A DNA stretch of 64,000 bases from Chrysomallon squamiferum. Its lineage: Eukaryota; Animalia; Mollusca. Shown one piece after another: positions 44,213-63,776 of the stretch (position 1 is the first letter of the stretch; each line of letters starts with the position of its first letter). The notes under the pieces are model-generated. The model did not search any database, was not told where the DNA came from, and saw only the letters and a list, made by a program, of their open reading frames with translations. The translations under genes were made by a program, and so were the position numbers. The stretch covers positions 124,001 to 188,000 of the forward strand of contig CM022675.1 of NCBI GenBank assembly GCA_012295275.1. The letters run 5' to 3'.

Positions 44213-44727
44213 TCTCTACACATTTTAATAGGTTTGTTCTAAAATTAGATGTTTGTAATATAAATTTATACTTGTTTGTTTGTTTGCTTATTGTTGTTGT
44301 TGTTATCAGTATTATTATTATTATCATTAGTAGTAGTAGTAGTAGTAGTAGTAGTACTAGTAGTAGTAGTAGTTGTAGTAGTAGTAGTAGTAGTGATAGT
44401 GGTTATATTTTATTATTGTTATCATCATATTTTGGTTTTTAACTTATATTATTCTTGTTTGTTTGTTTGCTTATTGTTGTTGTTGTTATCAGTATTATTA
44501 TTATCATTAGTAGTAGTAGTAGTAGCAGTAGTACTAGTAGTAGTAGTAGTTGTAGTAGTAGTAGTAGTAGTAGTGATAGTGGTAATATTTTATTATTGTT
44601 ATCATCATATTTTGGTTTTTTTAACTTATGTTATTCTTCTTCTTATTATTTTTTTTTTTTGAGCGTTCACGAACATATAAACAAGTAAGTAAAATATAAT
44701 TTCACATTCATTTTTGACACTGTAATA

Positions 44728-44766
<39 letters not shown>

Positions 44767-45573
44767 CTCTTTCTTTCTGTCTCACACACAAACATACACG
44801 CACTATCTTTCCTTTTCACTCTCTATATATCTATATTACAGTATGTGTATCTCTCTTTATCTATCTTTCAATATATATATATATACCTATCTTTATTCTC
44901 TCGTCGTACCTATATATTTATCTGTGTGGAACCCATTTACCAAAGTTTAACTTTCTTATCTATTGGTACTATCTGTCTCTCTTTGCTTTTCTCTCTATCT
45001 ATAGTAAAAAAAGTTATAATAAAATTACAAAAAATCAAGTTCAGTTACATACTGTCGTATTGCAGGGAAGAAAATGTTTCTGCAGTCTTCCACAACATAA
45101 AACAAACTCTAAGAAAGATACAACATTCAAGAAAGTAAACAAAGTACGTTGTCCTGGGACCTTTGACGAGTTCTGTGGTGGTGCGGACGTTGTTTCTGTT
45201 TACGAATTAGGTAAGAATTAGATTTTGATAGTATACAGGTAGTAGAAGTGAAAGATTTTTGTCTTTTGTTTTTCCTTTCTTTCTTATCGGATTCGGAAAG
45301 TTGTATTGGTAGTAGCTGTTGTAATTAGTATTCAGTAGAAGTAGTAGTCATAGTAGTAATAACAGTAATAGTAGCAGCAGTACTAGTTGTAGTAGCAGCA
45401 GTGATAGAAATAATAGTATTTGGAACAGCATAAACAGTAGTAGTAATTCTCGCTTTAGTAGAGGTAGCAGCAGTAGAAATAGTAGTAGTTGTGATGCTCG
45501 TAGTAATTGTTGTAGAAGAAGAAGACGAAAAAGAAGCAGTAGTAATAGCAGTTGTAGTAGTAGTGGTAGAAGC

Positions 45574-45629
<56 letters not shown>

Positions 45630-47184
45630 AAGAAGTGGTAGTAGTAGTATCACACAGACACTGTTTTTATAGTAAAGAAATATTATATTTCAGATCTGCC
45701 TGTTTCTGTAGATATAAAAAGCAGAACAAGTAAAAACAGCAACTGCGGCTTCGTCAGATATGAAAACAACAAAATCACCCTTCGATTTGGAGACTGCTAT
45801 AGAAATCGGCAGTTTAGTGTTTGTCCAAGTATGTGGTTTATTTATTTATTTGTTTTGTTCGTTTGTTCGTCGTTTTCTTTGTGTGTGTGTTCATTCTTTT
45901 CGTTTCGTTTCTTTCTTTCTGTTTCCGTTTTGACACCATATACTTTCATGCATGAGTGGTATGTTTGTATATTTGAATTTGTATTCGTTTAACTAATATT
46001 ATTTTTGTTATAGCGAAATGATAACATTAGTTCACTTAAAAAAGAAAAATGAAAAGCAGATTTGCTAAAATCCATAGAGTACTTTCACTGATGTCTGTTC
46101 TACGTTTCAGGGAAACCTTTTAAAGCTGATATGAGACAAACCTGCAGAAATACTACTTGTATTTTGACCCAGGACATTAACTGGAATGAAGCTAGAGTAC
46201 AGTGTGGAGGAAATTTGTCAAAACTGACAGACACCACAGAATCAGAACTGAAAAAGATGATCAACAGTAATTCCAGAGAGTGGGAAAATTACTGGATTGG
46301 ACTGAAACGAAACATTGAATGGAGGTGGATTGATGGTAAGACAACTCAGATGTACAGACACGGACTAAAAATACAAACATACATATATATACAAATATAC
46401 ATATATACAAACATACATAAATACAAACCAACATAAATACAAACATACATCAATACAAACATAAATAAATAAAAACATACATTTGTACAAACATACATAT
46501 ATACAAACATACATATATACAAACATACATAAATACAAACATACATAAATACAAACATACATAAATACAAACATACATATATACAACATATATAAATACA
46601 AACATACATCAATACAAACATACATAAATACAAACATACATTTGTACAAACATACATATATACAAACATACATATATACAAACATACATAAATACAAACA
46701 TACATAAATACAAACATACATAAATACAAACATACATATATACAACATATATAAATACAAACATACATCAATACAAACATACATAAATACAAACTTACAT
46801 AAATACAAACTTACATAAATACAAACATACATATATACAAACATACATAAATACAAACATACATAAATACAAACATACATTTGTACAAACATACATATAT
46901 TCAAACATACTGAGTTTGTTGTCCACCTTGAAGAGACATGGATGTGTACAGCCTGGAAGACAAAGAGGACTGCCACTTTAAGTCAGACAGTGTAACACAA
47001 CACACAGTCTTTAAATAGTTTTGAAAATTCTGTTATACTGTAATTTCGTATTACATTACTTCACAATTAATATATTTTATTGCTAAAGATGGGCAATAAA
47101 GAATTTTAATTTTTTTGGTTTATGTTATATTTGTCGTATCTGTAGTGATTTATAAAGCAGTCACTTTTAACATAAAAATAACAA

Positions 47185-47216
<32 letters not shown>

Positions 47217-47230
47217 GCAACAACAACAAC

Positions 47231-47277
<47 letters not shown>

Positions 47278-48795
47278 TACCTTAAAAAGAAGAGATACTA
47301 AAAATGCGAAAAGATATGTCCATTCGGCCAAATGTCCTTACTGCTAATACTTCGTTGGCCGAATGTCCGGCCACATACAAACAAACAAACACACAAAAAA
47401 ACGTACACACTTAGAGACACTTAGAAAATCTGTCTACCTTTCTCTTTTACATTACTGTATATCTATCTACTAACATCCCTTATTATAAACCTGATTATAT
47501 AATTATGTATGATGACATTTCCATTTTAATGAACATATTTTCTTTATACTTTTTTTTATTTTTTTTGCTTGTTTGTTAAAGGAAGCCTTGTTACAGATCC
47601 TCACAACAGTTTTGGAACAACTCATCAAAGTATTACATGGTCTAAAAACATCAGTTACAACTTTCCTAAAGAATCATCGACGAAATTTTCTGCTGTCTGT
47701 CAACTTTGTGAGTAAAGTGTGTGTAGAGTTAATGTCTGATTAAAAACTACATAGATATACAGAATCACAGATACATGGTTAGATATAAAAATACACGCAT
47801 AAAATCATCCATAACTAGACACACAAACAGCCATACATAGCAATATACTGACAGGCCCATACGAATGTAATATCAATTAATTTCTATAACAGAAATATTA
47901 TTATTTTTAAATGAAATTATATACATATACAAATATACTGATCTCAGATCAAAAATAATTATAATTGTATTTGATAAAGAATAAGATGATGTCGATAATG
48001 TTAATAATAATGAAAAAGACGACACATTTCATTATTAGATTTTCTGTTAAAAACATGCAACTTTTATTAACAGATAAAACAACTACAACGTTAGTTCCAA
48101 CGACCAAACTACTAACACTTAACACGACGGTAACAACGTTGTTTGACAAAGAACAAAAACAACAGACGAACAAGTCCAAAACCAATGCAGGTCTTTCACA
48201 TATTTGATTTATTTTAATATTTGATTTATTTCTTTTCTCTTTTATTTTATTTATTTATTTATTTATAGTTTTGATTTTTATTATAGTTGTAATTTATATT
48301 GTTATTATAATTTATTTCATTATTTTTTTATTGTTGTTTTGCCATCAGGGTTTTTCGTTTCTGGAAGCTTGTTTCCTTTTCAAAGAACGGTGACAAACGG
48401 TCTGTTTCCTTAATGTTCAATTACGACTGTCGAATGCTGGATAAACGATGTTAAAAGTTTTGTAACAAGCTGAGGTGAAGGTAAATGAACAGATGTAACA
48501 ATATTTATAACTTGTTTATTTTTAGCTTTGATTGGCGGCAGTGTTGTTGCTGTTATTGTTGTTATGGTAACATCTATCTGGTTGAAACGGTAAGAAAATG
48601 TATTTATTTATTTATTTATTTGTTTGTTTATTTATTTATTTATATGTTTATTTATTTAATTCATTTATTTATATATTTATTTATTTAATTCATTTACTTA
48701 TCTATTTTTCTGTTATTTATTTGTGAAAAGACGTAAATTGTAGAAAACACGGATATCACTGAAATGTTTTAGAGCATCTGAAATGATATGAAACA

Positions 48796-48862
<67 letters not shown>

Positions 48863-49266
48863 TGTATTATTTTCAATTTTCATTTCGTATCATATTACAG
48901 AACAAAACGTTTTTGTTTCGCAAAAGAAAAGTATATTTTCGCAGAGAGACTGTAACAAGTTACGTAAATTCTGACATGACACTGGCAGGAGCAGATGACC
49001 CCTATTACAGTGAAATAAACGACGGCATTCAACAAGGAACAGTAACTCTATTTCAAACTGATAAACAGAGTTGTTCCCCGCTAACCAATGACAGCAGACA
49101 GAATATTAACGTGAATGTTAGTAATGATTCAGATTACGAAATGGTAGAAGCGATTCAAGAAAATCGTCATCAACACAAACATAATGCTGATGTCGGAGTT
49201 TACGAAACGATAGACAGAACAATACCGACAGCAACTACATCGAATGTGTACTTCCATCTTCCTTAA
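42513..49266 (+). pseudogene. Receptor paralog D: exon 3 absent, TM 4 aa shorter, tail frameshifted (pseudogene or WSC-less, tail-less variant)
   Basis: E1 42513-42582, E2 43851-44069, no E3, E4 45066-45210, E5 45694-45828, E6 46111-46335, E7 47582-47707, E8 48074-48190, E9 48526-48589, E10 from 48901. A 16-nt deletion versus B gives TAA at 48953-48955. Confidence 0.75.
46371..46910. repeat. About 16-bp minisatellite (ACAAACATACATAWAT) in intron 6 of paralog D
   Basis: Visible periodicity. It appears expanded from a motif present once after exon 6 in A and B. Confidence 0.88.
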
Positions 49267-51742
49267 ACAAAACATCGACGATTACGACACAACAGAAGCC
49301 GTTGTTCCAAATTTCTGTGATTCCAGTTTATACAACCACACTGACGTAAATTCATCTCAGTATTCATTAAAAGCAGACGACATCAACTGTGAGAACGTAG
49401 ATGAAGAACTGAATTTCTCTCAAAATGATGGAAATGTTTATTTCGTTCTGGAAGATGAAGATGTATCCTCGTGGTATCAGTTGTGACGCAGATAAGCAAC
49501 AATCTCGCGTTGTGCAGAAATAAAGATGTTTTTCTTGTTGTTATTGACAGAGACTGAACGTAATATATATATATAGATATAGATACATGATTAAAATATA
49601 AACATTCAATTCTATATACATAGTGGTAGTTTTTTGTCTGTAGTTAGTATGTGTTTACTGTAACAGTCTTATCTTTTTAACGCGGTCAGAACGTGTAAGT
49701 GAGTTCTATAAAAATAGACTGAAGTGGGCGTGGCCTAATTGTATGACAGTGTTCTGACTGTCAGCAGACGTCAACGTTTTGTTCAGTTTGTGTGTGAAAT
49801 TCATTGTGAAACTTTGGAGTTACGAGGTTATTTATATATGGCTAAAACTTGCCTTATGAAAAACAAACCAGTACGTTTAGCTGTATGGTTATGTTAATTG
49901 TTTAAACTTACCGCAAACATGCGAGTAGGAAGCATTGCTTTGTTTCGTAGGTATAGAAAAAGACCCGTAAACAAAATCTTCATCAAATGACGTCACGGTT
50001 GTTGTTTTTGATTTTTTATTATTATGCGCATTTGTTATTTAACAATGTTACTTCAAAGCAAATACCGACACGATATTTATTTTGTTCTGGATGACGAAGA
50101 TGTACAAGAAAATACAGTTTAACATTTATAAAATAATTATCTATATTCATAGAAATAAAAGTAAATTTATGAATGATACTGACCGTTTCTTTTGACTCTA
50201 CTAATTCCACACCAAAGCCTTATTTTAATAGTTGGTAAATGTATATCCTGTATATATTATTTCTATTGTTTATTCTCAGAAAATAACATCTTATTGCTTG
50301 TGTTGCCTCAAAATGGTAAACTAAAACTGGTAATTAATAGGGTATCTGAAGAATACAAAATAATTACATTGAGGAAAATAAAATTACATTGAGGAAAATA
50401 AAATTAGTTTAGTAAAAAATAAAGTTTTGAAAATTGTGAATCACTTGTCAAAATGAGCCACTGTACCCCGATTCACTTAACGCCCTCTCGTGGAATTGTT
50501 TTAAAAATGGGTTCCTGCAGCAGTCAGAGCACGTGGTTGTTAACGTCATGAAACATCCCCATAATTACAAACAAGTGCTTGGTTACTTATTACTGGATGA
50601 TCTATACCAAATGTCAAAAACAACAGAACATCCAAATTTTACTTTAGCTAGTAAAAAACATACTTTATTGTTCTGCAGTGAAATATGGTCTGGAATCGTC
50701 CAGTAATTTAGTTGGGGATTGCCTAGAGGTATAAACTGAAGACATCATCTTGTTATTACAAAGTATCAATTTCTCTAAAAATAGACAGCTTCACTGTGCC
50801 TCTTAATCCACTGTACCCTAGACATACATATGTATATATAAATGTGTTCTGTATGTATACATACATAGGCATAATATTAATAAACACAACTGTTGTTATC
50901 CAGCCTGTTACCCCACCTACAAAAATACACCTGTATGTTTATGTACACACACACACACCACACAAACACACACACAAACACAGTACAGTTGAAAAACCAC
51001 CTCTCAAAACAATCATTACTAACAAACACCTCAACTAGCTGCGGTAGACAGAATAATTAAGAAAATAATTGAAACTATTGTTCTCTGTAGTTATTTGAAC
51101 TATGTCATTAATTTCATTAGTGTTTTTTTTATTTTTTTTTATTTTTATATTGTTATCCTAGGTGTTGTGATATTTTCCCGCGCCATATTCAGGGTGGATA
51201 TACAGTCCACGTTTTAGCCAGCAACGGGCACATGCGCTGTGAAATGTTAAATACCTCTATTCATAAAATTTATGAAGTAAATATAAATGACTAGACATAA
51301 CCAAAACTAAAACACACACACACAGAAATATACATATATCTGTCTCTGCCTTTTTTATCCCTCTCTTTCTCTATCTCTCTCTCTCACACACACACAAACA
51401 GAGAGAAAGAGAAAAGAGAAAAAGAGAGAGAAGTGTAAAATGTACTTGTGTGTACAATCTCGTTCTTTCTATGTTTTTCTCTGTCTTTCTCACTACAGCA
51501 ACACACTTATTCAGTTTTCTAATAAGTTTTCTACTGTATCTTGCCGTAGGCTTTGTCATGCGCGAGTTTATCTAAAACAAGTTTTATTTTTATGACACAG
51601 ATACACTTCACTGTTCTATAACTAAGTAAACAAGGGAAGGAAAAACCTGTTATCATTCTAGCAACAATCTTTACTCTGTTACCTTGCTCCTGGTCCAGGT
51701 GATTTCTTCAGTGTAGTTATTTAAAATCTCTAAGAATCCGCC

Positions 51743-56628
<4,886 letters not shown>

Positions 56629-57639
56629 ACAAAACTTCGACGACTATGACACAACTGAAGCCGTTGTTTCAAATTTCTGTGATTCCAGTTTATATAACCA
56701 CACTGACGTAAATTCATCTCAGTATTCATTAAAAGCAGACGACATCAACTGTGAGAACGTAGATGAAGAACTGAATTTCTCTCAAAATGATGGAAATGTT
56801 TATTTCGTTCTGGAAGATGAAGATGTATCCTCGTGGTATCAGTTGTGACGCAGATAAGCAACAATCTCGCGTTGTGCAGAAATAAAGATGTTTTTCTTGT
56901 TGTTATTGACAGAGACTGAACGTAATATATATATATAGATATAGATACATGATTAAAATATAAACATTCAATTCTATATACATAGTGGTAGTTTTTTGTC
57001 TGTAGTTAGTATGTGTTTACTGTAACAGTCTTATCTTTTTAACGCGGTCAGAACGTGTAAGTGAGTTCTATAAAAATAGACTGAAAAATTTTTTGAATTG
57101 TTAGAAATCACAGCAATGTATAAAATGACATCGACCAATTCTCTTCACTCTACTAATTCCACATCAAATAACAAAGCAAATCAATAAAATATTTGATGCA
57201 CGTTATTTCAAATTTAATAGTTGGTAAACGTATATCCTCTCTATGTCATTCTCCTGCCAGAAATGTTTTCCATTGTTTATTCTGAGAAAATATTATCATT
57301 TGTGGTGTTGATTAAAAAATATTTCAGGCTTATTTTATACCAAAATTATATTTTAACTATTTTACCTGTTAATGTTATACTTTGTTCATTTATATACTAA
57401 GCTAGACCTTCACACATTATTTTAATTACGTTAATTTATTCTTTATTTTTATATATTATTCTTATTATTTATATCTTACCGAGAAATTATATTAAATTGT
57501 ATGAAAACAATAAAATTTAAGAATGATAGTACTTACTCTCTTTTTTAATTAAAAAGAAAAAAGTGTATATCTATTTATGTAATGCTTTTCACAACAATTC
57601 ATCAAATTTATGAAGTAAAAATAAATGACCAGACATAAC

Positions 57640-57714
<75 letters not shown>

Positions 57715-57745
57715 AGCAGGGCAGTGTGTTGGTACATAATACGGA

Positions 57746-57853
<108 letters not shown>

Positions 57854-58376
57854 CCCTTTCTGGCTCAAAACCTAAAACAGATAAATTCAATTTTCATAAT
57901 TTATTCCACACGTAAACGTATTCTTAAAATTCGTAAAGAGAAAACACTAATTTGCATATAGTCAAATGAGGAATACAGGAAAGAGGCAAACAACAGTTAC
58001 AGAGAGAAACAATGTATATGTGTGTGTGCATACTTGTATGTGTACATGCATGTATGAGTGTATGTATGTGCGTGTGTCCTTGTTTGTGAATGCTAGAATA
58101 CGTATTGTTTGTAAATAATGTGTGCGTGTGTGCGTGTCTCCATAGATATAATTCACTGAATAAAAATTAAAACTGATATTTTGTACCTATGGTGAACAGT
58201 CCCCCGGTAATCCATTTTCAAGTGCAAATTATTGTTATGATTATTATTATTATTGTTATTATTATTATTATTATTATTATTGTTGTTGTTGTTATTGTTA
58301 TTATTATAATTGTTATGGTTATTTAGCGCACGCAATAAGAACAAAGATAAATAGACCTCGGTTCGTTAAAGCGATC

Positions 58377-58495
58377 GTCTACGGCCACACCACGTTGAAA
58401 GCACCGGTTCTCGTCCGATCACCGAAGTTAAGCAACGCAGGGCTCGGACAGTACTTGGATGGGTGACCGCCTGCGAACACCGAGAGCCGTAGACA
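58377..58495 (+). rRNA. 5S rRNA: 5S rRNA gene or pseudogene, second copy
   Basis: Matches the 13846 copy except CTGCGAAC (vs CTGGGAAC) and GAGAGCC (vs GAGTGCC). Confidence 0.9.
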
Positions 58496-58563
58496 CGCCT
58501 CTTTCCTTTCTTTCTTGTTTTAAACAGCAAATACTGGCAGTGTTTACGTTGAAATTGATGTGT

Positions 58564-58618
<55 letters not shown>

Positions 58619-58680
58619 GTTTTTTTAATTATTTATTTTATTTTATTTTATTTTGATTTTTTTTTTACTATTATTATTAT

Positions 58681-58719
<39 letters not shown>

Positions 58720-58967
58720 CATTTAATAACAAAACAAACAAACAAATAAACGAGTGAAAACGTAACCAAGCAAAAACAAATAATAATAATAATATCGATG
58801 CGAGATGGGTGATCCGGCAGAAGAAAATAAAAAAAAGGAAATGGGAGGGACTGAGGAGAGAAAACAAACGAAGAAATAGGGGGGAAAAAAAGACCCCTTC
58901 CTTTTCAACCGATCTGTTGGGAGTTTGTTTCTTTTTTTTTTTTTTTTTGTTCCTCTCCTTCAAGCAG

Positions 58968-59411
58968 GACAAATCTGCTGGTCAAAGGCTGAGTCTCAAT
59001 AGATCGCAGTGAGGTGGCTGCTCTACTAAGTACGACACCCCGACCGAGAACTAAGTCGTCTGCGAATGATTTGACGCCTCCACGTCGCATGGGATGGATA
59101 TCGCTGGGACCCACGAGCGGCGAGAAACGGTCCTGTGCTGTGGCTCTCACCACCGCCCACCGCCGCCCTTTTTCCCCTTTTTGCCGTTGGTGGGGGGGGG
59201 AAGGGAAAGAGCGGCACGCGCGTGAAGAGTATCGTTACACTTTCGGGCGGGATTCTGACTTAGAGGCGTTCAGTCGTAATCCCTCAGATGGTAGCCTCGC
59301 ACCATTGGCTTATCAGCCAAGCACGTGAACCAAATGTCTGAACCTGCGGTTCCTCTCGTACTGAGCAGGATTACCGTACTGAGCAGGATTACCGTTGCAA
59401 CGACGAGTCAT

Positions 59412-59466
<55 letters not shown>

Positions 59467-59511
59467 ATTGGTGGGTGAACAATCCAACGCTTGGTGAATT
59501 CTGCTTCGCAA
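58968..59511 (-). rRNA. 28S rRNA: 28S rRNA 3'-terminal fragment, second copy (pseudogene)
   Basis: Same LSU motifs and same truncation point as the 14398 copy, plus an 18-bp tandem duplication at 59358-59393. Confidence 0.93.
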
Positions 59512-59559
59512 AGACAGCGAGACCCACTTTTCAAAGATTGATCAGAGCGCTGCCATGGA

Positions 59560-59620
<61 letters not shown>

Positions 59621-59856
59621 CGTGAGTGCGTGTTGGGTTGAATAAGGTATCTTCGAACGTAAAAAATGAATTGCCAGATCACGACCTTCGCGATAATTAA
59701 TGCATTTTAATTTCAATGTTTGTTTTCGTTTTTTTTCATTATTTTTTTTATTTTTAGAAAATACATACATACATACATACATACATAACATACATACATA
59801 CATACATACATACATAGATACATACACAAAAAACAATAATAATAATAGTAGTGGTG

Positions 59857-59892
<36 letters not shown>

Positions 59893-60399
59893 GTTGTTGT
59901 TGTTGTAGTGATAAAGGGTCTCGTAGTTATTCTGCGTTCAGGAGTCATTTTGTATGAAATTAGCATTATTATTATTGTTGTTGTTGTTGTTGTGGTAGTG
60001 GTGGTGGTGGTGGTGGTGGTGGTGGTGGTGGTGGTGGTGCTGCTGCTGCTGCTGCTGCGGCTGTTGTTTTGTGAACAGCGTTTCGTATTTCGTGGTGATG
60101 AACTGTAAAGTGTCGTTGTCATTACTTTTTTTTTTATTCTTTATTTTTGTGCAGTGTTTAAGATGAAATTCACATCGGTAGCGAGTACCGAGACCCAGTT
60201 TTCTAACGTTCATCTCACCGGTACCATGGAAACCGATCTCGGCTCTGCTCGGCTCCACTCGGCGACCGAGAGAAAAGGAAAAAAGCCGTCGGGTTTAATC
60301 CCTCCAGTGCTATTGTTGTTGTCGTCATCGTCGTCGTCATCATCATCACTATGATTATTGTTGTTATTATTGTCATTGTTACTGTTCCTGTTATTGTTA

Positions 60400-60454
<55 letters not shown>

Positions 60455-60553
60455 CATTAGCATCATCATTATTATCATTACCATTATCTTTATCATTATC
60501 ATTATTATTATTATTATTGTTGTTGTTACTGTTATTGCTATTGTTACTGTTAC

Positions 60554-60622
<69 letters not shown>

Positions 60623-61363
60623 GAAGCAGACACAGTATTAAATACTAAAATAGTGGAAACAAATACAGTCATCAGATTGAGTCTCCTTTATACAACATTA
60701 GAAAACAGTTTATACAAAACCAGAACAATTAATTATATTAAAACGTTTAAAAAATAATAAGAACAGACAGATTATTGGTAGATCTGAAAATCAAAAACGA
60801 AATAAGTGCCGCAAAATACAGAATTCAAAATGCATTGGGGACAAGTTGTATCGGGTGCGGGGTATCTTGGGTACAAGTTGTCTAGAATTATATGTGTGTC
60901 ACTGTATTAGCTGTAATTACATAAATTCAGGCTAATTAAACATGTTGATTTTATTGAACAGTAAATAATGTAGCGTATGGTGGCAAGGTATTAATGTTTA
61001 CGTATGTCTTGAAAAGTCAAATAATCCCAAATTATGTTTTTACGAACATTCAACAAGTTACTGGACAAGTTCGCTCTTTCTTCCAGATAACTTTGCATTA
61101 AGTTGTTTTAGCCACGTTATTTTCCATTCTCCATACCATGTGACATCCAGGTCTTTGTTTAAAGTAGAATAAATAATAAAGTCTTGTTTCTTGTGATTAA
61201 AAACATCGACATAATCGAAGTAATGAATTCCATTATAAAAAAGTTTTTTTCAAATTATTTTAAAAAATGATAAAAAATATAACGATAATAAAGCATTGAT
61301 TTTGTCCTAGATACAATTTATTACTATGTATATGCATTAAAAATAGCTGCTATAGCTTCTTCA

Positions 61364-61410
<47 letters not shown>

Positions 61411-61835
61411 AACTACAACTTACACTACTGTTGCTGCTGCGGCTACTACTTCCACTGCTGCAAATAGTGCAACCACTACTGCTATTATTATTACTACTAC
61501 TACTATCACCTTCACTATTACTATTAATAAGATTATTATTATTATTATTACTATTAGTACTACTGCTAGCACTACTACTACTACTACCACTATCACTATT
61601 ACTGTTAATATGATTATTATTATTACTACTACTACTGCTAGCACTACTACTACTACTATCACTATTACTATTAATATGATTATTATTATGACTGTTATTG
61701 TTATTATTATTACTATTAATATGATTTTATTATTATCATCATCATCATCATTATTATACACTGATAGGACAGCAGAAACGTTTTCATTGACTAGCAGAAG
61801 CAGTATTTTATTTGTTCCTTTCCATAAACAAATAA

Positions 61836-61879
<44 letters not shown>

Positions 61880-62840
61880 TTTCTATGACAATTTAAACAA
61901 ATAAAATATAATTAAGAAAACCAGACGACTTTACACGTGTTATTATTCGTTTCATCCAGAGGTCGATATTTCGTTCCACTTGCGTTTGTTCAATTTTTTA
62001 TGTGAAAATTAGCATATTAATTCTTAAATATATCCTTGTATAACATACACACACACATACACACACACACACACACATATAACAAAGGTCGATTATTTGT
62101 TTATGGAAAGGAACAAATAAAATACTGCTTCTGCTATTCAATAAAAACGTTTCTGCTGTCCTATCAATGTATAATAATGATGATGATGATGATGATGATA
62201 ATAATAAATAATAGTAATAATAATAACAATAACAATAATAATCATAATCATATTAATAGTAATAGTGATAGTGGTAGTAGTAGAGCTAGTAGTGGTAGTA
62301 GTAGTAGTAATAATAATAATAGTAGTAGTAGTTGCACTAGTTGCAGCAGCAACAGCAGTAGTAGTAGTAGTAATAGCAATAGTAGATGCAGAAGCTATAG
62401 CAGCTATTGTTAATGCATATACATAGTAATAAATTGTATCTAGGACAAAATCAATGCTTTATTATCGTTACATTTTTTATCATTTTTTAAAAATAATTTG
62501 AAAAAACTCAACTTTTTATAATGGAATTCATTACTTCGATTATGTCGATGTTTTTAATCACAAGAAACAAGACTTTATTATTTATTCTACTTTAAACAAA
62601 GACCTGGATGTCACATGGTATGGAGAACAGACAATAACGTGGCTAAAAGAACTTAATGCAAAGTTATCTGGAAGAAAGAGCGAACTTGTCCAGTAACCTG
62701 TTGAAACTTCGTGAAAACATAGTTTGGGATTATTTGACTTTTCAAGACATACTTGTTGTTTTAGATAAACTCGCGCATGATAAAGCCTACGGCAAAATAG
62801 AGTAGAAGACACAATAGAAAACTGAATAAATTATAGTGTG
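61880..62840 (-). repeat. Inverted duplication of the intergenic block upstream of paralog F
   Basis: 62090-62752 is the reverse complement of about 61000-61835. 61885-62010 and 62760-62840 are reverse complements of sequences at about 62918-63045 and 63180-63262. Confidence 0.85.
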
Positions 62841-62855
62841 TGTATATGTATTCGT

Positions 62856-62908
<53 letters not shown>

Positions 62909-63404
62909 TGTGTGTCTGTTCACATAAAAAATTAAACAAACTCAAGTGGAAAGAAATATCGACCTCTGGATGAAACGAATAATAACACGTATAAAGCCGC
63001 CAGGTTTTCTTAATTATTTGTTTATTTGTTTAAGTTGCCATAGAAGATCTGCACGCACGCGCACGCACACACACACACGCACACACGCATACACACACGA
63101 ATACACATTGACACACACACACACGAACACACACACACAAACACACATACGCACACACACACAGACACGAATACACATACACACACTATAATTTATTCAG
63201 TTTTCTATTGTGTCTTCTACTCTATTTTGCCGTAGGCTTTGTCATGCGCGAGTTTATCTAAAGCAAGTTTTATTTTTATGACACAAATACACTACACTGT
63301 TTTATAACTAAGTCAACAAGGGAAGGAAAAACCTGTCATGCGATCTTCTTCCTGGTCCAGCTTTTTTGTACACAGTAGTTATTTAACATCTCGAAGAATC
63401 CGCC

Positions 63405-63477
63405 ATGTTGTCTACAGTTGTCGCTATTTTTATTGTTTTCTTCTTGTGTTTGTCACCTACCCAGTCAGAAATACTAA
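63405..63477 (+). CDS. Exon 1 (signal peptide) of receptor paralog F; the gene presumably continues beyond the window
   Basis: GCCATG start, MLSTVVAIFIVFFLCLSPTQSEIL, GTAAGT donor. Upstream and intron-1 context match paralog A. Confidence 0.8.
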
Positions 63478-63669
63478 GTAAGTAGATTTTATATCTGTAT
63501 GATCAAAAGTAGGAATAGAACTAAATAAACTGTCGTATTTTTAAGTTAATTATAATGTCTCCTTAATGAGCTAAATATATGTAATCTCTCTCTCTCTCTC
63601 TTTTCATTACTGCAATTTTTACTTGTCACCGTTTACGGGTGAAAGGATATCAGGCCTTAAATGGTGTAA

Positions 63670-63721
<52 letters not shown>

Positions 63722-63723
63722 GC

Positions 63724-63776
<53 letters not shown>

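Noticed and set aside
50285-50822. Possible small transposon insertion after D (CCACTGTACCC twice)
   Set aside because: The motifs are direct rather than inverted, and no TSD or coding remnant was found.
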